This document shows, piece by piece, positions 1 through 7,410 of a stretch of DNA of 7,410 nucleotides. The stretch is from a virus (taxonomy: Duplodnaviria; Heunggongvirae; Uroviricota; Caudoviricetes). The position numbers were made by a program, and so were the translations under genes. The notes beneath the pieces are model-generated. The model worked only from the letters and a program-made list of their open reading frames with translations. It had not been told where the DNA came from and searched no databases. The stretch lies in the IMG/VR virus record IMGVR_UViG_2617270946_000020, positions 1-7,410 of that record, one strand, 5' to 3'. Positions within the stretch are counted from its first letter, which is position 1; each line of letters starts with the position of its first letter.

Positions 1-609
1 TCAGCCAGCAGGCCATCCGACAGCATAACTGCGGATCGCCTTCAGGTCTGTCAGCGCCTCAACCTCGGCTTTCATCTGCAACTGCCGTGTATTAATCTCC
101 ACTCCCTTCGCAAACATCGCCTGCTCTGTCGCATCTGCCAGCGCAATTATCTCCGCCGCCGTCACCGGCACCACATTATTATCCCCGTCGGTCCAGGCAA
201 AACCTTCCGGAAGACGGTTATTCTCTGCCATCAGGCGTGTCGTGCTTATCCTGGACAACGTCTTCTTGCCGTAATCCCAGTTCCTTCCGTTGAATTCCAT
301 CACGTATTCCATACTCTCCTGCACATCACGCCAGATATTAATCTCTTCCCGTTTCGCCGCCTTTGCCGCTTCCAGTACTGCTTCCGTGGCAACAAAGGCA
401 CTCACGCTTCCGTACGTTCCTGCTGTCAGCCCAGACCACAATGCTTTTCCGTGTTCTGTATTATCCGTTTCCGTTGCAGTATACGGCAGCCATACCTGTT
501 CCCCTTTTTCATTCACCGCGTCTTCAAACTGCACCTCACAGTTTATCCCGCCATATTCGTTGCTGGCTGCATTTCGTACTGCAAGAATCTCTTTTCCCTT
601 ATCCACCAT
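1..609 (-). CDS. Tail-fibre-associated protein of unknown function; possibly a tail fibre assembly/chaperone (Tfa-like) by position and size
   Basis: Open frame ending with a TGA stop at 1-3. A perfect AGGAGG Shine-Dalgarno (minus strand, about 611-618) lies in the 10 nt between the stf stop (TAG, 618-620) and ATG 609-607, which is followed by GTG 606-604 (spacing 2 nt to the ATG, 5 nt to the GTG). Product about 201 aa, similar in size to lambda Tfa (194 aa), but the canonical Tfa C-terminal motif is not evident. The frame stays open upstream to a stop at 724-726, so the ORF track reports 1..696 from a GTG. Confidence 0.5.
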   Translation of the reverse strand: MVDKGKEILAVRNAASNEYGGINCEVQFEDAVNEKGEQVWLPYTATETDNTEHGKALWSGLTAGTYGSVSAFVATEAVLEAAKAAKREEINIWRDVQESMEYVMEFNGRNWDYGKKTLSRISTTRLMAENNRLPEGFAWTDGDNNVVPVTAAEIIALADATEQAMFAKGVEINTRQLQMKAEVEALTDLKAIRSYAVGWPAG

Positions 610-617
610 GACCTCCT

Positions 618-2012
<1,395 letters not shown>

Positions 2013-2023
2013 ATTCACCCCAC

Positions 2024-2049
2024 AAAAAAGCCCGCCTGAACCGGCGGGC
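2024..2049 (-). terminator. Rho-independent terminator downstream of the lom-derived ORF
   Basis: Minus-strand sequence GCCCGCC-GGTTCA-GGCGGGC-TTTTTTG: a 7-bp GC stem, 6-nt loop and T6 run, lying between the stop at 2077-2079 and the stf start. Confidence 0.7.
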
Positions 2050-2076
2050 TGTCATAACACTGTGTTACCTGGCTAA

Positions 2077-2712
2077 TCAGAATTTATAACCGATACCCAC
2101 GATGAAACCGTCAGTGCGCCAGTCACCACTGCCGGAGCCTTCATAAGCAATATCAATGGCCACGGATTCGGTCGGGTTAAACTGCACGCCAGCCCCCCAC
2201 GCCAGAGACGTGTTGCTGTGGCAACCGTCATCACTTCCGGTCAGCACGTCGTGCGTTTTCCCCTTGTTGTCAGTTACGCGGAGATAATCCCCGGAGAAAG
2301 TCGACACACGGCTGTAAGCCACACCCGCCATCGCATACGCGCTGAACCATTCATTCACGCGTACAGACGGCCCCGCCATCACGCTGAACCAGCGGTTACG
2401 CACGGAATCTTCATGCCAGCGGGTATCTCTGTAGCGCGTTTTTTGCTCATCCTCAGCATTGGCATAACTGAAGGACGTAAGACGGGCATACACCGCCTCC
2501 GGTGCCGTGTCATCACCGGCAATACGTATCTGGTACCAGCCTTCGTTCATCTGACGGCGAAAGCCCGGCATCTGCATCGACAGGGCGCGAATGGCTTCCG
2601 CTGCCGTGTTCACATACAGGCTGAGGCGGCGGCCAAATCGTTGTAAATCCCCGTGAAGGCAGATGCGTGCCAGTGGCGGTGACGCCAGACAGAATGCGTT
2701 CGTCGTTGCCAT
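2077..2712 (-). CDS. Chimeric ORF: N-terminal about 78 aa of tail assembly protein I fused in frame to the C-terminal about 130 aa of a Lom/Ail-family outer-membrane beta-barrel protein (J deleted)
   Basis: N-terminus MATTNAFCLASPPLARICLHGDLQRFGRRL...EGWYQIRIAG matches lambda gpI as I recall it (MAATHTLPLASPGMARICLYGDLQRFGRR...DGWYQVRIAG). C-terminus ...SVMAGP...SAYAMAGVAYSR...AYEGSGSGDWRTDGFIVGIGYKF matches lambda Lom. There is no signal peptide, and no J-like ORF exists between K and stf. Junction estimated near 2470-2485. Confidence 0.8.
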   Translation of the reverse strand: MATTNAFCLASPPLARICLHGDLQRFGRRLSLYVNTAAEAIRALSMQMPGFRRQMNEGWYQIRIAGDDTAPEAVYARLTSFSYANAEDEQKTRYRDTRWHEDSVRNRWFSVMAGPSVRVNEWFSAYAMAGVAYSRVSTFSGDYLRVTDNKGKTHDVLTGSDDGCHSNTSLAWGAGVQFNPTESVAIDIAYEGSGSGDWRTDGFIVGIGYKF

Positions 2713-3353
2713 TTTTCGGAATACCTCTCCCGTTTACTCAGTTGTTCAGGCAGATGGTGAAGCAGCTCACCGTTGCCGCAGTAAATGGCGGCATGGTTCG
2801 GTACCGAAGCACCAAAGCAGCACAGCAGAATATCGCCCGCCTGTGCAGAGGACAGGGGCACCCGGTAAAAGCCTGTGACCGCCATATTGTCCAGGTAAAG
2901 GTTCTGACCGTTGCGCCACCAGTCATCCTCGCGATGAAAATCCGGCATTTCAGTCCCCGCCAGATGATAAGCATCCCGAAACAGCGTGTAACAGTCCGTC
3001 ACCCCGTGCTCAAAGCGCCGTCCTGTCAGATGTGGCACACAGCGGAATTTGTGAATGTCACCCCGGCAGACCAGCCACCAGGGCAGTGCGCTTTTTATCT
3101 GCAGCCGCCGGTCAGCCTCGCTCAGCCAGGGCAGCCCACCGGGATGACTGTGGACCAGTGCCACAATCTCCCCCTGCATCTCTGCCCGCAGCCAGTCTTC
3201 CGGTGCGATACGAAAATACGCCTCCGGCTCTGCAGAAATATTCACACAAGGGATATACCACTCCCCCTCCGGCGTGCTTATCACGAAGCCGCACGACTCC
3301 GCAGGCGCACACCGCCGGGCATGCGCCAGAATCGCTGATTCAGTCTGTGTCAT
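2610..3353 (-). CDS. K: Tail tip assembly protein K (JAMM/MPN metalloprotease-like plus NlpC/P60-like domains)
   Basis: Begins MTQTESAILAHARRCAPAESCGF... as I recall lambda K. Contains the JAMM motif HSHPGGLPWLSEAD (H-x-H-x7-S-x2-D) and an NlpC/P60-like Cys/His region (DCYTLFRDAYH ... NHAAIY). Start is 10 bp after the L stop. The 3' end overlaps the I-derived start by 103 nt in another frame. Confidence 0.88.
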   Translation of the reverse strand: MTQTESAILAHARRCAPAESCGFVISTPEGEWYIPCVNISAEPEAYFRIAPEDWLRAEMQGEIVALVHSHPGGLPWLSEADRRLQIKSALPWWLVCRGDIHKFRCVPHLTGRRFEHGVTDCYTLFRDAYHLAGTEMPDFHREDDWWRNGQNLYLDNMAVTGFYRVPLSSAQAGDILLCCFGASVPNHAAIYCGNGELLHHLPEQLSKRERYSEKWQRRTHSVWRHRHWHASAFTGIYNDLAAASACM

Positions 3354-3363
3354 AAACCGGGAT

Positions 3364-4062
3364 TTACTGCGAAAGTTTATTAATGGAAAGGAAACCGCCA
3401 AAATTGCCGACATTCCTGCGCAGTTCACACCCGCGCATGCACTTGCTGCATCTGTCCTTACGGATATCCGTGGTGGGTTTATCGAACTCATCCGCCACAG
3501 CCCCGCCCGTGTAACCACACTCATCAGAGCGGTAGGTCCACATACAGGTGTTCGCCAGCATGATACGACCGGGAAACAGCGCCCCGTCCGTCTCGGTCGG
3601 TGTGGCCAGCACAAACGAGGCCGTCATGGCTGTCAGCTGCGACATCTGCTCCACCACCCAGCGGTCACTCAACTCCTGCTCCGGGTCCGCCGCCGGATTG
3701 CCCGCAACGAAATTCACCGCATCCAGAAAACGGGCATACACCCGGCGGCGGACCACCGTGGCCCCCACCAGACTCTGCAGGTCTTCCGCCATCCCGGTGA
3801 CCAGACCGAACAGATTGGACACCGTCAGCGACGGTCTGGCACTGCTGCCCTTCCCGCTCATCTCAAAGCCGCTGCCATCAATCGGGTACGCCTGGTACTT
3901 CCGCCCCTGCCAGGTGACCGGCTCCCCTTTTTCATTCAGCTCATTACAGAAAAAATACCGCTCACCACCCTGCACCGTCAGGTCAATTTCCCAGAGTACC
4001 ACCCGCGGTGACTGCTCTGATTTAACCGACTCGCTCAGACTTTCTTCGTGAATATCCTGCAT
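3364..4062 (-). CDS. L: Minor tail protein L (tail tip complex)
   Basis: 232 aa, the same length as lambda L. MQDIHEESL...VVLWEIDLT...GERYFFCNE...GEPVTWQG...FGGFLSINKLSQ matches lambda gpL end to end; the C-terminal cysteine cluster is retained. Confidence 0.9.
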   Translation of the reverse strand: MQDIHEESLSESVKSEQSPRVVLWEIDLTVQGGERYFFCNELNEKGEPVTWQGRKYQAYPIDGSGFEMSGKGSSARPSLTVSNLFGLVTGMAEDLQSLVGATVVRRRVYARFLDAVNFVAGNPAADPEQELSDRWVVEQMSQLTAMTASFVLATPTETDGALFPGRIMLANTCMWTYRSDECGYTGGAVADEFDKPTTDIRKDRCSKCMRGCELRRNVGNFGGFLSINKLSQ

Positions 4063-4095
4063 CAGTTCACCACCTGCTTAAACTCCGCGCTGAAC

Positions 4096-5788
<1,693 letters not shown>

Positions 5789-5964
5789 GAAACAGTCTCA
5801 CAATAAATACAGGGGCCGACATGAAAGTGCCCGAAAATGACTTTTTTAGGCGTTTTCATGTCGGACCTTTTACGGATTCGATATTAGAAAAAACAAATAG
5901 TTATGTTCGAGAAGTACCGACATGATTTTCCCCGGAAAATTTTCATAAATAGCGAAAACCCGCG
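5789..5964 (-). promoter_or_regulatory. cosB-like terminase binding region between cosN and the Nu1 start
   Basis: Read on the minus strand it begins CGCGGGTTTTCGCTATTTATGAAAATTTTCCGG, matching the lambda left end immediately after the cohesive end. It carries three copies of a CGACATGA-type motif, two direct and one inverted (plus-strand about 5816-5824, 5856-5864, 5917-5925). The cosN-to-Nu1-start distance (about 177 bp) is as in lambda. Confidence 0.7.
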
Positions 5965-5976
5965 AGGTCGCCGCCC
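5965..5976 (-). other. cosN cohesive-end site (12-nt GGGCGGCGACCT on the minus strand)
   Basis: Plus-strand aggtcgccgccc is the exact reverse complement of the lambda 12-nt cohesive end GGGCGGCGACCT. The flank on the other side (minus strand ...GTGGGTCCTTTCCGGCGATCCGGGCCGTTACG) resembles the lambda right end (...CGGGTCCTTTCCGGTGATCCGACAGGTTACG). Confidence 0.85.
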
Positions 5977-6012
5977 CGTAACGGCCCGGATCGCCGGAAA
6001 GGACCCACGAAA

Positions 6013-6027
6013 TGATAATGATTATCA
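6013..6027. promoter_or_regulatory. Fur-box-like 7-1-7 palindrome TGATAATGATTATCA
   Basis: Perfect inverted repeat TGATAAT-G-ATTATCA, matching the 7-1-7 Fur operator model (tGATAATnATTATCa); about 15 of 19 positions match the classical 19-bp Fur consensus. Lies about 40 bp from cosN in an AT-rich region and about 155 bp upstream of the plus-strand ORF starting at 6183. Confidence 0.35.
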
Positions 6028-6182
6028 TCTATATAAGGTTTATCACAACATGTGTGTACGCCATCAAACCACGAGAAATAATCAATTATGACGCAGGTAT
6101 CGTATTGATTGATCTGCATCAAATTAACGTAAAAGCAACTTCAGATAATACAAATCAGCAACACTGAATATGGGGAAACATT

Positions 6183-6383
6183 ATGTCATCAAAGAACAGA
6201 ACCCGCAGAACAACAACCCGCAACATCCGATTTCCAAACCAGATGATTGAACAAATTAACATCGCTCTTGATCTGAAAGGTTCAGGAAACTTTTCAGCGT
6301 GGGTTATTGAAGCCTGCAGGAGAAGGCTGGCAACAGATGCAACGCATCTGCGCCCGGCCAGCATGAAAAATAACGAGAAATGA
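6183..6383 (+). CDS. Small basic protein, YlcI-like (DUF3950-type) by recollection; possible DNA-binding protein
   Basis: The 66-aa ORF MSSKNRTRRTTTRNIRFPNQMIEQINIALDLKGSGNFSAWVIEACRRRL... has an Arg/Thr-rich N-terminus and a motif I recall from small YlcI-family proteins found next to Nu1 homologues (nohD) in E. coli cryptic prophages. It is transcribed opposite to the late operon. Confidence 0.6.
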   Translation: MSSKNRTRRTTTRNIRFPNQMIEQINIALDLKGSGNFSAWVIEACRRRLATDATHLRPASMKNNEK

Positions 6384-6514
6384 ACGTTCGGCTACAGGAG
6401 CAGGTACCCACTGTCCTCCAACAATATTTCATCTTCATATCCGACGGAACAAGACTTACCCTGCCGGGATGTACAGAATAACAACAGAGTGATAATTAAT
6501 TTCTGATGAAATAA

Positions 6515-6847
6515 TCAGGGTGCAGAAGGACTAAAGATAAACGTTTTCTTCACGCCTTTACACGGCCTGTCCTTCTCAAATCGCCATTTTGCCATCGCCT
6601 TTACAACCTGCTCATCAAACAAATGGTGCGGCTCTGAACGGATAAACTCAATTCGGGTGACAGTACCATCAGCACCAATATCAAACTTCACATCAACCCG
6701 TCCCTTTATATAATTTGCCGCTGCATAGGCCGGATATTGTGGTAATGCCTTAACCAACTGTCGGGGCATATCTGTTTTATGTTGCGTACAGCCCATAACC
6801 AGAGAAGACAACAAAATAATTAACGGAAGGTTTCTTTTCATTTTCAT
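6515..6847 (-). CDS. Lipoprotein with TonB C-terminal-like domain
   Basis: Signal peptide with lipobox (MKMKRNLPLIILLSSLVMG-C, Thr at +2) followed by PQYPAYAAANYIKGRVDVKFDIGADGTVTRIEFIRSEPHHLFDEQVVKAMAKWRFE, which aligns with the E. coli TonB C-terminal domain as I recall it ([56 protein letters not shown]). The start could be ATG 6847 or ATG 6841; the ORF track starts at GTG 6856. Confidence 0.7.
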   Translation of the reverse strand: MKMKRNLPLIILLSSLVMGCTQHKTDMPRQLVKALPQYPAYAAANYIKGRVDVKFDIGADGTVTRIEFIRSEPHHLFDEQVVKAMAKWRFEKDRPCKGVKKTFIFSPSAP

Positions 6848-6861
6848 TCCCGGCACAGATA

Positions 6862-6878
6862 AGAATAAGTCTTATTCT
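6862..6878. promoter_or_regulatory. Perfect 8-1-8 palindrome AGAATAAG-T-CTTATTCT immediately upstream of the TonB-like lipoprotein start; candidate operator
   Basis: Exact inverted repeat 15-31 bp upstream of the start codon. It overlaps a possible -10 hexamer (TAGAAT on the minus strand) and has GATAAG/AATAAG half-sites loosely resembling Fur hexamers. Confidence 0.35.
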
Positions 6879-7185
6879 AACAATGCCACCCTGTCGGTCA
6901 TCAATCCTCTGCTTAATGGCAACGACAATTATCCGACTTAAATCACAAATCAGACACATGACATAACAGAGCTTGCGAGGTAACACATCGTCCGGTTTCT
7001 TCCACCATCGCACCGGACCAGCGACCATGAGGGGACAACGCCGCGCTCCGTTAACGCGGTAAACCCCGGTGTGTATCGTTTTTGATTATCCCCGCACACT
7101 CGCGCAGAGGAGTCTCCCGGTCGGGCTGCGGTCTCTGTTAATGCGGGGATACGGCGACAATACCGCGCATGGTTAATAAGGTCGC

Positions 7186-7410
7186 TCAACACACTGGCTG
7201 TAATGCAGCGGATACCATGCGGCATTTAGCGGCATTCATCGTACACTCAACGGTTAGCTCTTCATTCGTGGCATTCACCTGAAAGGTCCGGGAGTGTAAT
7301 TGCGTACATTTACCACTGAACGAACCTTCAACAAGAACACGACCACGCTGCAAAATACGGAACGGAATTGTTCCCTGAAAAGGCTTTACGGTTACCAGTA
7401 ATTTCTTCAT
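7186..7410 (-). CDS. Hypothetical 74-aa protein; the ORF reaches the window edge, so it may be 5'-truncated
   Basis: Open frame MKKLLVTVKPFQGTIPFRILQRGRVLVEGSFSGKC...; the ATG sits exactly at 7408-7410, the last three bases of the window. I do not recognise any homology. Confidence 0.3.
   Translation of the reverse strand: MKKLLVTVKPFQGTIPFRILQRGRVLVEGSFSGKCTQLHSRTFQVNATNEELTVECTMNAAKCRMVSAALQPVC

Noticed and set aside
2218-4051. Plus-strand ORFs antisense to the I-lom, K and L genes (2218..2646, 2667..3338, 3032..3355, 3274..4011, 3548..4051, 3600..3800) and the nested minus-strand ORFs 2738..2974 and 3112..3312
   Set aside because: The main minus-strand frames show clear homology to lambda I, Lom, K and L proteins; these alternative ORFs have Arg/Pro-rich compositions typical of out-of-frame reading of GC-rich coding DNA.
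5903-6091. 62-aa plus-strand ORF spanning cosN
   Set aside because: It runs straight across the cohesive-end site and the cosB-like sequence; this region is a conserved cis-acting packaging site, so a coding role is unlikely.
6155-6364. 69-aa minus-strand ORF antisense to the YlcI-like gene
   Set aside because: It overlaps almost exactly with the plus-strand ORF, which has the more protein-like sequence and a recalled family resemblance; it is likely a shadow ORF.
6384-7186. Search for a tRNA gene or attachment site marking a prophage boundary
   Set aside because: No T-loop-like GGTTCGAATCC-type motif or cloverleaf-compatible segment was found by eye on either strand, so the prophage end cannot be placed from this window.
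6777-7225. Minus-strand ORFs 6777..7028 and 6950..7225
   Set aside because: The first overlaps the signal-peptide region of the TonB-like lipoprotein in another frame. Both have Cys/Arg-rich compositions that do not look protein-like, and neither has an obvious ribosome-binding site. The region is more likely non-coding promoter or structured DNA.

Overview
The window is the remnant of a lambda-like late (packaging and morphogenesis) region, almost certainly from an enterobacterial (Escherichia/Shigella-type) prophage, all encoded on the minus strand. Reading from high to low coordinates: cos site (cosN 5965-5976, cosB below it), a Nu1'-'A terminase fusion ORF, intact W, a portal(B)'-'FII chimeric ORF that runs out of frame into a 3' fragment of M, intact L, intact K, an I'-'lom fusion ORF (host-specificity gene J is absent), an intrinsic terminator, a collagen-like side tail fibre gene with 45-bp tandem repeats, and a tightly coupled downstream ORF. 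Capsid, major tail, tape-measure and J genes are missing, so this cannot be an autonomous phage. Beyond cos (6000-7410) lie an AT-rich region with a perfect Fur-box-like 7-1-7 palindrome, a small YlcI-like ORF on the plus strand, a lipoprotein carrying a TonB C-terminal-like domain with a palindrome at its promoter, and an unassigned 74-aa ORF at the window edge. Protein identities rest on my recollection of lambda protein sequences and motifs, not on any database search. No tRNA, rRNA, CRISPR array or IS element was recognised.
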